This document shows, piece after piece, positions 52,586 to 61,720 of a DNA stretch of 64,000 bases (positions are counted from its first letter, which is position 1; every line of letters begins with the position of its first letter). Origin of the DNA: an uncultured cyanobacterium (lineage in GTDB: Bacteria > Cyanobacteriota > Cyanobacteriia > Cyanobacteriales > CAWCAG01); NCBI GenBank assembly GCA_963793425.1, contig CAWCAG010000005.1:416001-480000 (forward strand). Reading direction: 5' to 3'. The notes below the pieces were generated by a model. That model worked only from the letters and a program-made list of their open reading frames with translations, had not been told where the DNA came from and did not search any database. The translations under genes and the position numbers were made by a program.

Positions 52586-54310
52586 TCAATTATCAATTAA
52601 TAAACGCTTATCTTGACGAATCAAAGAACTTAACTCTTGGGCTGGTACAGGGCGGCTAAAGAAATAACCTTGTATTTCATCACATTTATGCTCGCGAAGA
52701 AAATCTAACTCTTCTTGAGTTTCTACCCCTTCAGCAATCACCTTTAAGTTAAGAGTATGGGCCATATTGATAATTGCTTGAGTGATAGCAATATCTTTAT
52801 CATCAAGGTTAATATTGCGTACAAAACAGCGATCAATTTTTAAGTTATTGAAGGGAAACTGTTTTAAATAACCTAAAGAAGAATATCCTGTCCCAAAATC
52901 ATCAATGGAAATAGTAATACCTAACTTTCGTAATTCTCGTAAAGTAATAATAGCGTTATCAATATCCTGCATCAACAAACTTTCAGTAATCTCTAATTCC
53001 AAAGATTCTGGTTCAACACCTGTTTCTTGAAATATTTTTGCCATCTTCTGTTGCAAATCATCTTGAGAAAACTGGCGTGCAGAAAAGTTAATTGCAACAC
53101 GAAAACCTTCTACTTCTTTAGTCCAGTTTTGTAGTTGCTGACAAGCTGTTTTTAAAACCCATTCTCCAATAGGAATAATCCAACCAGTTTCTTCTGCAAT
53201 GGGGATAAATTCTACTGGAGAAATTGAACCTAATTCAGAATGATGCCAACGTAATAAAGCTTCTGCCCCAACAATCTTTCCTGTTTTTAGCTCTACTTGA
53301 GGTTGGTAGTGAATCTCAAATTCAGAATTTTCTAAGGCGGTATAAAGGCTCCCCTCTAGCTGTAATTGCCTTTGGGAACGGGTGTTTATTTCTGAGGTAT
53401 AAACTTGACAAAGATTACCTCCTTCCCTCTGAGCTTGCCACATAGCTGCCCTAGCATTTTTGATTAAACTATCAATATCCTCCTCGTCTTCTGGATAGAA
53501 GCTCATACCAATACTAGCAGTAACAAAAACTTGTTTGCTATCTAAAATAAAAGGATTAGCTAGAGCATTTAAAATAGCCTTAGCTCTCACTTCAGCTTCA
53601 GACTTATCATCAATAAGAGTGAAAATAACGGCAAAATCGCTGGTACTTAACTTTGCCACTATATCGCCTTCGCCAACATAAGAAAGCAGCCGCTTTGCGA
53701 TCGCCTTAATTAAAGAGTCACCATAAACTTTCCCCCAACCTGTATTAAGATGAGCAGTACGATCTAAATCAATAGTTAGTACAGAAATAATCTGTTCACT
53801 TTTGCTTGCTAATTGCTTAACTTGGTTGAATTGCTCTCGTAATAAAAGTTGATTCGGTAATTCTGTCAAACTATCGTAGTAAGCTAACTTCTTAAGTTGC
53901 GCTTCTACTTCTTTGAGACGAAGATTAATAGCTTGGCGCTTGCTCAACTTTTCTAATTGAACATTAACCGCAGCTAGTAATTCAGCCCTGGTAAAAGGTT
54001 TAGTTAAATAATCTTCTGCCCCCAACTCCATACCTTGTCGCATATCCATTTTGCTAACTTTGGCAGTTAGAAAAATAAAAGGAATATCAGCACTAACAGG
54101 ATTGTCTCTTAAGGTCATCAGTACCCCATAACCATCCATCTCAGGCATCATAATATCGCAAATAATTAAGTCTGGCTGATGATCTAGAGCTGCTTGAACC
54201 CCCAGACAACCATCTTCAGCATCAACAACCTCAAAACCTTCTGCCATGAGAATTTCACCCATGATCTCGCGGATATCTTCTTGGTCTTCTATTACAAGAA
54301 TTTTGGTCAT
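52586..54310 (-). CDS. REC-GGDEF(degenerate)-EAL protein, probable c-di-GMP phosphodiesterase
   Basis: REC; the GGDEF site reads STSDF; EAL, DDFGTGYSS, KIDR, AEGVE and QGY are intact. Confidence 0.9.
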   Translation of the reverse strand: MTKILVIEDQEDIREIMGEILMAEGFEVVDAEDGCLGVQAALDHQPDLIICDIMMPEMDGYGVLMTLRDNPVSADIPFIFLTAKVSKMDMRQGMELGAEDYLTKPFTRAELLAAVNVQLEKLSKRQAINLRLKEVEAQLKKLAYYDSLTELPNQLLLREQFNQVKQLASKSEQIISVLTIDLDRTAHLNTGWGKVYGDSLIKAIAKRLLSYVGEGDIVAKLSTSDFAVIFTLIDDKSEAEVRAKAILNALANPFILDSKQVFVTASIGMSFYPEDEEDIDSLIKNARAAMWQAQREGGNLCQVYTSEINTRSQRQLQLEGSLYTALENSEFEIHYQPQVELKTGKIVGAEALLRWHHSELGSISPVEFIPIAEETGWIIPIGEWVLKTACQQLQNWTKEVEGFRVAINFSARQFSQDDLQQKMAKIFQETGVEPESLELEITESLLMQDIDNAIITLRELRKLGITISIDDFGTGYSSLGYLKQFPFNNLKIDRCFVRNINLDDKDIAITQAIINMAHTLNLKVIAEGVETQEELDFLREHKCDEIQGYFFSRPVPAQELSSLIRQDKRLLIDN

Positions 54311-54395
54311 ATCTCTAAATTATTTCGGTCAATATTCAATGAACGACAGCTTAAGATAACTAGTATCAGTAATTATTTAGGCAAGATAATAGTAG

Positions 54396-55526
54396 CTAGA
54401 GATCAACTCTTTTCTTAACATTTGGCTCTGGTTTTGTTGGTAAGGTGATTTGTACATTAGTTTCTCGGTTTGGTACGCTTTCGATAATTAATTTTCCCTG
54501 ATTTAATTCCGTAAGACGCTTTGCTAGAATCAACCCTAAACCCGACCCTTGTTGCTCATGAATTTTACGTTCAAATTGCATATAAGCTCCTAGCTTAGCA
54601 ATTTGCTCAGAGGTCATACCAATCCCTGAGTTACGAATAGAAATTTTCACGGTTTCTTGTTGAGAACTAGTTTGGACAGATACAGAAGTTCCAGGACTAG
54701 AAAACTTAAAAGCATTATCCAAAACTTCTTCAATTATTTTTGTTAGTTGTCCCTCAGAAATATTAACAGTAAAAGGCTCTAACTCTAAAATTAAATCAGT
54801 TTTTCTTTCCTCCTTGCCAGCTTGCTCAAGGCAAAGTTGAGCGATCATTTTTTCTGTGTAAGCAACTATTTCTTCTTTTCTGATCAGTTGCCCTTGAGAT
54901 TGAGGATCTTTTTCTAACAACTCTAACTCAGCATAAAGAAGAAAATTTTGCGTTGTTCGGTATAATCTCTCACCAGAACTATGGATGTACTTAAGCATTT
55001 GTAAAGAATCATCCCTAGAGGTAATGTCATAGTCTTCAATGAGAATTTGCGAAAAGCCAAGAATACCATTAAGAGGGGTATGGAGTTCGTGGGGGAGAGA
55101 ACGGATCAGGTTTCCCCTTAACTCATCAAGTTCTTGTTGGGATTGTTTTTTAATCTCTTTTTGCTTTTTTTGCCTCGCGGTAATTGCCCCCAGCAACTCT
55201 TCTCTACTGAAGGGTTTGCTAAGATAATCATCTGCTCCTAATTGCATTCCTTGACGGAGATCAGATTTAGAAGCTTTAGCTGTGAGAAAAATAAAAGGTA
55301 CTGTATTGGTGCTAGGATTTTTGCGAAGTTCTTGCAAAACGCCATAACCATCTAACTTGGGCATCATAATGTCGCAAATGATCAAATCGGGGACTTCTGT
55401 TCGTGCTAAGTTAACACCAACCTCCCCATTTTCAGCATCAATAACCTCAAAATCTTCTGCCATTAAGATTTCACAGACAATTTCGCGGATGTCTTCTTGG
55501 TCTTCAATTACGAGAATTTTAGTCAT
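54396..55526 (-). CDS. Receiver-histidine kinase hybrid
   Basis: REC (CDIMMP), PHELHTPLNG, NAFKFS, GSGLGL. Confidence 0.9.
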   Translation of the reverse strand: MTKILVIEDQEDIREIVCEILMAEDFEVIDAENGEVGVNLARTEVPDLIICDIMMPKLDGYGVLQELRKNPSTNTVPFIFLTAKASKSDLRQGMQLGADDYLSKPFSREELLGAITARQKKQKEIKKQSQQELDELRGNLIRSLPHELHTPLNGILGFSQILIEDYDITSRDDSLQMLKYIHSSGERLYRTTQNFLLYAELELLEKDPQSQGQLIRKEEIVAYTEKMIAQLCLEQAGKEERKTDLILELEPFTVNISEGQLTKIIEEVLDNAFKFSSPGTSVSVQTSSQQETVKISIRNSGIGMTSEQIAKLGAYMQFERKIHEQQGSGLGLILAKRLTELNQGKLIIESVPNRETNVQITLPTKPEPNVKKRVDL

Positions 55527-55663
55527 GAAGTCTATTTAGGAAATTAGGTAATAGGGAATAGGCAATAGAGTCAAGAAATACAGGGTTTTAGGAATGATTG
55601 GAATTGCTATAGTTACTATTTTAATCTTGCTTCTGGATAAGTCCAATTGTAGGTAAAAATCAG

Positions 55664-57439
55664 TTATTGATTTAAGCTTTTAATAACACAGCCAAGGGTT
55701 GTTAATAGAGTAATTACTCTCCCTACTAAATACATTAAGGTTCCTCTATAAAAAATTTTTACTTGGTGTTTTCCTGGAGGAATAGAAACTTCTAATTGTC
55801 CGGAAGAACTTGCTTTTGTCGGTACTTTTTCCCCATCTATTTTTATCTGCCAACCAGGATAGTAGAAAGTTCGCAACCTTACTTGGCGAGGGGCAGAAGT
55901 TAAATTATTAGCTTCAAACTGACGCATACCATAGTCCCAGTTTTTGATAGTTAGGTTAGTTTCTGTGCCGTCTTTCCAGGCTAGTAAGGGATAAAATTGC
56001 TGGGGAGGCATAGCTAAAGTGGCTTCTTTTGCCCGGTATTCTGGTACATCCACTAAAGCTAAACCATCGCTGAAAACATAGTGCCAATCCATCAGTCTTG
56101 TACCTAAACCTTGATGAGGTTCACCAGGAAATTTCTTCGCTGCGGCTAAGCTAGCAAAATGAGCGATCGCCTCTGGTTGATAATCTGCTCTTTGGGTTAC
56201 TTTTACTCCTTGTAAGATCGTGATTATAACCAAACTCCAGGTAGCAACACTTAATCCCCAGGTAGATAGGAGAGAGAAGGAGACTGGGAGACTGAGAGGC
56301 TGGGTAAGGGTAATAGCATCTGAAAGTTTTGCCCCTGCTTGATGGAGTAGATAGCCTAAAAGTAAAGGGATTGTGACGGTGGCTAGACTCAACCAACGCC
56401 AAGAAAACTGAATCTGTTGTAAGGGGACTAACAATTGATATACCCAAGCCAAGATACTAGTAGTCATCAAAAGAGCAAACAGACTGATGAATAGCCAAAA
56501 TGCGACTATATTTTCAGTATTCCTATTTCTTGGGCAAAATTGAACAACTAGCCCCAAACTTACTACTGCCAACATACTTAACCAAGGGACGATGAGTTGT
56601 TGATCAAACCAATGATCACTAAACTTAATTGCCCAATTCCTAGATATTTCTAAGAGTAGGCGATGTTGAGGAAGATATTCGGTGAAAGTGTTGAAGGTAT
56701 CAATTTGAATAAATCTGCGATCGCCAATTACCGGTAATAAATAAAAAGCAGTCCAGCTACAGGCTAAAATAAATCCTCCGTAGCAGCCTTTTACCCCCTG
56801 CCAACTACCAAAAAACCAAGGCAAAAATAGCCACACACAAGTAAATATTAATAAAGTAGGTAAGTGGGAAAGAATTAGTAAACCGTAGATAAAGGCTAGA
56901 AGTAAAATATTTTGAGAATTTTTGGGTTGTTTCACTAGTCTTTGAGAAGCCCATAAAATCCAAGGTAAAGTAGTAATGCCCCAGACTTCAGCAATTGCCC
57001 CCCGCTCGTAAATATCCACCATAAAATAGGGGCTTAACATTCCTACCCCAGCCACAGTTGCAGCAATGCTAAGGGGATAAAAATAACGGGCATAGGTATA
57101 AAGCCCCCAACCCAGAAAACCAATAGCTAAAGCCATGCTACCAATTAAAGAGCCTGCTAAGCCTAACCCTAAAAAACGGAAAGGAAGGGTTGCCACCATG
57201 CAAATGGGGGGATAAAAAGCAAAGGTGGCATTACCAAAACCAAAGTTAGAATATTCTAACCAACGGGGGTAAAACTGACCACCGAAGAATTGCTTTTGGT
57301 ATTGAAATGCCCAACTAAGATTAAAATGGGTGGAATGATTGAGAGGATAATTGCCCTCCAACATAGGCGCGATCGCAACTAAGCTAAGCAGAATTAATAG
57401 AAAAGCAAGCAGTTTTCGCTCAGTCTTCACCATTAGCAA
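55664..57439 (-). CDS. PTPS-related/YfhO-like polytopic membrane protein (probable GT-C glycosyltransferase)
   Basis: YPRWL...FGFG...FYPP, YERGAIAE, SHLPT, IQFSWRW, FYYPGWQIKIDG. Confidence 0.8.
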   Translation of the reverse strand: MLMVKTERKLLAFLLILLSLVAIAPMLEGNYPLNHSTHFNLSWAFQYQKQFFGGQFYPRWLEYSNFGFGNATFAFYPPICMVATLPFRFLGLGLAGSLIGSMALAIGFLGWGLYTYARYFYPLSIAATVAGVGMLSPYFMVDIYERGAIAEVWGITTLPWILWASQRLVKQPKNSQNILLLAFIYGLLILSHLPTLLIFTCVWLFLPWFFGSWQGVKGCYGGFILACSWTAFYLLPVIGDRRFIQIDTFNTFTEYLPQHRLLLEISRNWAIKFSDHWFDQQLIVPWLSMLAVVSLGLVVQFCPRNRNTENIVAFWLFISLFALLMTTSILAWVYQLLVPLQQIQFSWRWLSLATVTIPLLLGYLLHQAGAKLSDAITLTQPLSLPVSFSLLSTWGLSVATWSLVIITILQGVKVTQRADYQPEAIAHFASLAAAKKFPGEPHQGLGTRLMDWHYVFSDGLALVDVPEYRAKEATLAMPPQQFYPLLAWKDGTETNLTIKNWDYGMRQFEANNLTSAPRQVRLRTFYYPGWQIKIDGEKVPTKASSSGQLEVSIPPGKHQVKIFYRGTLMYLVGRVITLLTTLGCVIKSLNQ

Positions 57440-57453
57440 TTAGCAGTTAACAA

Positions 57454-58059
57454 TTAGCTATTAACACCATCATCTTCTTTCTTGACAGAAAAATTCACTC
57501 TTTCATAAATTTCAGCAAAACTAATTTGAAAATCTACCGCAGCCAATTTCAAAACTTGATCCTCATCTTCATGTTCTGTTAAAGTCCACTGACCTTGAGT
57601 ATTTTTGTTAAACTGCTCAACATAGAACTTATACTGGTCAATTAAAATATACTCTTGCAAACTGGGTAGAGAACGATAAACAAGAAACTTGTCTCCCCTG
57701 TCATAACTTCCTGTTGACTTAGATAATACTTCGACGATAATCAACGGGTTAGTAACAATATCTGTCCTTTGACCTTCGTAAATTGGTTCACCCTGAACAA
57801 TCATTACATCAGGATAGGTGTAGCGACGGTAACGTGATACCCCCAGCCGTACATCTCCCATATAGATTTCATAGTCTTGTTGCCTGAAAGCGAACCGAAA
57901 ATTAGCGTAAAAATTACCAGCAATTTTGTTGTGGTTAGTTGTCCCGCCTGCCAAGGGAATTATTTCTCCATCACGATATTCGCTTTTTTGTTCAGCTACT
58001 GCTTCTAAATCCAGATATTCTTGGGGAGTATAGTAACCTTGTTGTTGTTTAACTGGCAT
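57454..58059 (-). CDS. Uma2 (DUF820) family endonuclease-fold protein
   Basis: EYRDGEI, YPDVMIV, IVEVLSKST, DRGDKF, EYILIDQ. Confidence 0.92.
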   Translation of the reverse strand: MPVKQQQGYYTPQEYLDLEAVAEQKSEYRDGEIIPLAGGTTNHNKIAGNFYANFRFAFRQQDYEIYMGDVRLGVSRYRRYTYPDVMIVQGEPIYEGQRTDIVTNPLIIVEVLSKSTGSYDRGDKFLVYRSLPSLQEYILIDQYKFYVEQFNKNTQGQWTLTEHEDEDQVLKLAAVDFQISFAEIYERVNFSVKKEDDGVNS

Positions 58060-58114
58060 TTTTTTACTTAATGCTTTAAAAACAAACTATCAAAAATAAA
58101 TGATAAATGTTTGA

Positions 58115-58129
58115 TGTAGCCTACGGCAA
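58115..58129 (+). repeat. Small dispersed repeat, type B copy 2
   Basis: TGTAGCCTACGGCAA embedded in ATGATAA heptamers. Confidence 0.6.
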
Positions 58130-58156
58130 CGCTCACGCGAATAATGATAAATGATA

Positions 58157-60034
58157 TTAGCTAAGGCCCCTGCGGTCATAATCATGTAACATCTCATCAA
58201 GATAGGAATCTAACTCACCGTTACAATTTCTTGCTTGGGGCATAATCTTTTTCTTCTTCACAGCAAACAAATTGGAGAATTTCGCAAAGAAACGACTAGC
58301 AAACTTTTGAGGACGGGGTTTTTGAGGTGCTTTGGTGACAATTCCTTCCCCGCCCAAATTAACTGCTGTTAACCAAGCATCCAAAGTATTGGGTAACTTG
58401 GTTGTCATACGCATCTTAATAGTAGGAGAAGAGTAAGATTGGACGTAGGCTGGTTCTAAGAAGGCTTGATAAGTTGAGGCTTCTGATGTCTCCTGATTAA
58501 GGAAAGCTAAACTCATACCTCGCAAAAGCTGGCGTACTGGTTCAGCTTCTTCTCCCATAACTTCCTTAACTAAGGTGCTTTGTCCCATCTCACTATTGAG
58601 GTTACGCAGATCATTAACACTCATATGGGTTGCACCTACGGCAACGAGAAGATATTTTTCACCGGGGAGTTTTTTAAAAGGACGCAATTGATGATCAACC
58701 GAAGGGGTAATCCCATCTTCTGTACCTGTGAGTATCATGAATGGTTGATTGATTTTCTCTAAGCCTTTTTCCCCAAAAAGCTGTCCGACTAAAGGATTTA
58801 AAGCAATACCTCGTACAATCCTCTCATCTTTCAAAGAAAGGGTATCTTTTCCGACAATTTCTGCTAAATTAGCAGCAGCACATTGTAACCAATCAGCCGG
58901 AGATCTCCCCAAGGGAGTACGGTTAGCACAAAAAGATTCTAAGCCCTTAAGATCAAGTTCTCCACCAGCAAGGGCTAAGGCTGTATACCCTCCCAATGAA
59001 TGACCGATGATAGCAACTTCTTCGGTATTAATTTTCTCCGCAGCGTAGGCATTATCCTTAACCATTTCTTCTAGTTCATCAAGGAGAAAGGTAATATCTT
59101 GGGGACGTTCAATAAATTCTGAGGCGGGTAATAATTTATCTCCCCCTAGCCCTAAAGAAATTTCAGCAATAGATTCAATATCACTACCGGGATGATCTAA
59201 AGAAACTACTGTAAATCCGTGGGAAGCTAAGTGTTTGGCTAAGTAATCTAAGAAAAAACGATTAGAAGCGAAGCCATGGGACATAACCACCAAGGGGCCA
59301 CGACTTTCTTCTTCACTGTAATAAATCTCTGCTGTGATAGCCCGTTTTCTTTCCTCATCTTCAAGAATCAGGTTAGTTTGGCTGACTTGATCAGAACCCA
59401 CTACTTGGGGCTTAATGTTTTTAGGTAGGGAAGCTAAAACTTGTTGTTGGTTGTCTACTTTTAATTCCTTTTCTAACAAAGGAGCAAGCATTTGGCTTTG
59501 TAAATTAGCGGTGTTAAATTGTAAAGCAATGCTCGCAGCCGCCGTAGCATCAACGACTAATTCCTCTTCTGGGTAAGCTTGTAAAAAGCTAATGGCACTG
59601 ATACCATTAGCTTGGCGCAGAGCCAGGTAAATACCTGCTTTTAACTGTTCAATGCTACTTTCTGGTAAAGCAGTTTTGAGTTGAGAAAGTAAGCGATCGC
59701 CATCAGCAGAACTAAGCAATTCCTCAATAAATTTATCTGCGACGCTAGGATCTACTTGCAACTGCCGCGAGAGCAATTCTCCTATTTGTGGGGTTAATAC
59801 AGGAGAGTAAACTCTCAAGCTAGGAGGAATTTTTCCAGTGTTAGCAAATTCTTCTAAGTCCTTAACCGCTACAGAACGTTCAAAAGGTCCCAGACGCAAA
59901 ATTAGACGTTCAGCGGCTGCGGCAGGGGAAATAGCGCAAGTAAGGGCAATTAAAAAGGTGCTAGCACTTCCTATGAGTTTGACTATTGGCAGGGAAAAAA
60001 GGCGATTAGGAGTTTGATTCTGCTGAGACTTCAT
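58157..60034 (-). CDS. DUF1400 + alpha/beta hydrolase, exported
   Basis: Signal peptide ending AAA, then AERL; SHGF, DHPGS, GHSLGG nucleophile elbow. Confidence 0.88.
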   Translation of the reverse strand: MKSQQNQTPNRLFSLPIVKLIGSASTFLIALTCAISPAAAAERLILRLGPFERSVAVKDLEEFANTGKIPPSLRVYSPVLTPQIGELLSRQLQVDPSVADKFIEELLSSADGDRLLSQLKTALPESSIEQLKAGIYLALRQANGISAISFLQAYPEEELVVDATAAASIALQFNTANLQSQMLAPLLEKELKVDNQQQVLASLPKNIKPQVVGSDQVSQTNLILEDEERKRAITAEIYYSEEESRGPLVVMSHGFASNRFFLDYLAKHLASHGFTVVSLDHPGSDIESIAEISLGLGGDKLLPASEFIERPQDITFLLDELEEMVKDNAYAAEKINTEEVAIIGHSLGGYTALALAGGELDLKGLESFCANRTPLGRSPADWLQCAAANLAEIVGKDTLSLKDERIVRGIALNPLVGQLFGEKGLEKINQPFMILTGTEDGITPSVDHQLRPFKKLPGEKYLLVAVGATHMSVNDLRNLNSEMGQSTLVKEVMGEEAEPVRQLLRGMSLAFLNQETSEASTYQAFLEPAYVQSYSSPTIKMRMTTKLPNTLDAWLTAVNLGGEGIVTKAPQKPRPQKFASRFFAKFSNLFAVKKKKIMPQARNCNGELDSYLDEMLHDYDRRGLS

Positions 60035-60208
60035 AGAAGCTAGTTCAACCGCAATTTCTAGTTAAGTTAACAGTTTAGGCGATTCCCAAAAGAATTGCCT
60101 ATGTCAGCGATGATCTTCAACTATAATGAAGAATCATAGCCACTTTCTGTTCCCGAATATCAATGATCAGTAATCAGTTTAGGGCCTGTTGTTGTAAATA
60201 TTGTTTAA

Positions 60209-60529
60209 TTAGAGTTTTTCTTCTAGTTTTTTGATTGCCTGCATTAGAGGAGTTTGATTGAGGTGATAATCGCTACAATCAATCGCCTGTTCGGTGTTAG
60301 CAATGTTGGGCTTTATTGTACATTTGAGACGATAATCGTTAGTGAAAAACTGACAGTTGCTACAAGGGACTTGGTGCATTTCTTTGGCTCTGGTTATGGT
60401 ATCCCGCACAGCACTGAAAAGACTCCAGGCTAAGATGAGGAGAAAAAGCCAAACGAAGAGGAAGCCAATCGGTTTGAAAAATGGCCCCAAGGTATGAACG
60501 AGATAGTAGAGTATTTGAAACATCAGCAA
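60209..60529 (-). CDS. Small membrane protein with a four-Cys motif
   Basis: TM helix, then MHQVPCSNCQFFTNDYRLKCTIKP..A..CSDY. Confidence 0.7.
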   Translation of the reverse strand: MLMFQILYYLVHTLGPFFKPIGFLFVWLFLLILAWSLFSAVRDTITRAKEMHQVPCSNCQFFTNDYRLKCTIKPNIANTEQAIDCSDYHLNQTPLMQAIKKLEEKL

Positions 60530-60571
60530 CAGATGAGTAAAAGGGTGTGAGGAAGCAGTTCAGCAATTAAA

Positions 60572-61456
60572 CTACTTGACTTGAAGCAATTGTACAATCT
60601 GAGATACCTGTTGTTGGTTAAAAGCTTTGAGCAATGTTTGAGCGGCAGCTTTGGGTTCTACTGGTATAAGAATTTGGGGCTTTTTAGCTTTGGCAAGCTG
60701 CTGTAAGCTTTGGCTAGTGGTAATTTGGTCTGATTTTTCCAATTGCAATAAATCGCTGCCTTGCTTGAGTTCTTTGATGATAGCTGGGGCGAGGGTACGG
60801 TAGGAATGTTTAGGGTTTGCGATCGCCGCTTTAGCTATTTTGAGCAAAGTTTGCCAGTTTGGGGCTTGAGGTGCTAGTTTCCCTAGTTGAGTGCATATTT
60901 GTTGCAGTTTTTGGCGGCTTTGGGGTGTAGCTTTTTGTTTAAACAGTTCCAGCATTTCCAGCAACAAGGGTTTTGCTTGAGAAGCTATATTTGGTGAAGA
61001 GGGGGAAGAAGCCGCTGCTTGTTCCGGTACACCGCCTTTAACTAAAACATCTAAATGAGCTTGTAATTCGTTGAAGGTAGGTTGGGCTTCTTGCAAGATT
61101 TGTTCTGCTTCATCATCTGGTAAACCAAAAGGTCTTTGCAAGCGATCAATTAAATCTTGTAAAGTATCGTAACCTTTAAAGAATAGCCCTTCTAATTTGC
61201 GGTCTACATTAATGTCGTGTTCTTTAAGAATTTTGAAAGCATCTTCTAATTTATGGGCTGTTTTTTGTACGCTAGTGAAGCCCAGCATGGCAGCCCCCCC
61301 TTTCACGGAATGGGCAGCACGAAATAATTCATTAATTCTTTCCGGCTCTCCTATAACCGAAGAAAGATCCGACATTGCTTGTTCAATGGTTTCTAGATGC
61401 TCTTTGGCTTCTTCAATGAAGTAGCCGACAATTTTCTGATGACTTCCCGCGTCCAC
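60572..61456 (-). CDS. Stand-alone Hpt (CheA P1-like) domain protein
   Basis: YFIEEAKEHL...ELFRAAHSVKGGAAMLGF. Confidence 0.88.
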   Translation of the reverse strand: MDAGSHQKIVGYFIEEAKEHLETIEQAMSDLSSVIGEPERINELFRAAHSVKGGAAMLGFTSVQKTAHKLEDAFKILKEHDINVDRKLEGLFFKGYDTLQDLIDRLQRPFGLPDDEAEQILQEAQPTFNELQAHLDVLVKGGVPEQAAASSPSSPNIASQAKPLLLEMLELFKQKATPQSRQKLQQICTQLGKLAPQAPNWQTLLKIAKAAIANPKHSYRTLAPAIIKELKQGSDLLQLEKSDQITTSQSLQQLAKAKKPQILIPVEPKAAAQTLLKAFNQQQVSQIVQLLQVK

Positions 61457-61720
61457 AGCAACTCTCCCTAAATTAATTTAATGCTTAGTTAATTTGCTTA
61501 AGGTCTTATTCTAGTCTGCGTAGCAAATCATTACTTTCTTGCTGAAGGCGGATTTTCTCTTTGAGTAGCTCGTTGTTTTCTTTAACTATCAGTTTAGATT
61601 TCATAACTAACAATAGTTGTTTTGGAAATAGCCTTGACAAGAATTGTACAACTTTTCGTGGCTTGGGTTAGATGATAAATAACAAATGATATAATGGCTA
61701 ATTACTAATAACTTCAAGCC

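Noticed and set aside
57454..58059. Uma2 gene as a restriction/defence system
   Set aside because: A highly expanded family in cyanobacteria; no methylase or partner gene nearby.
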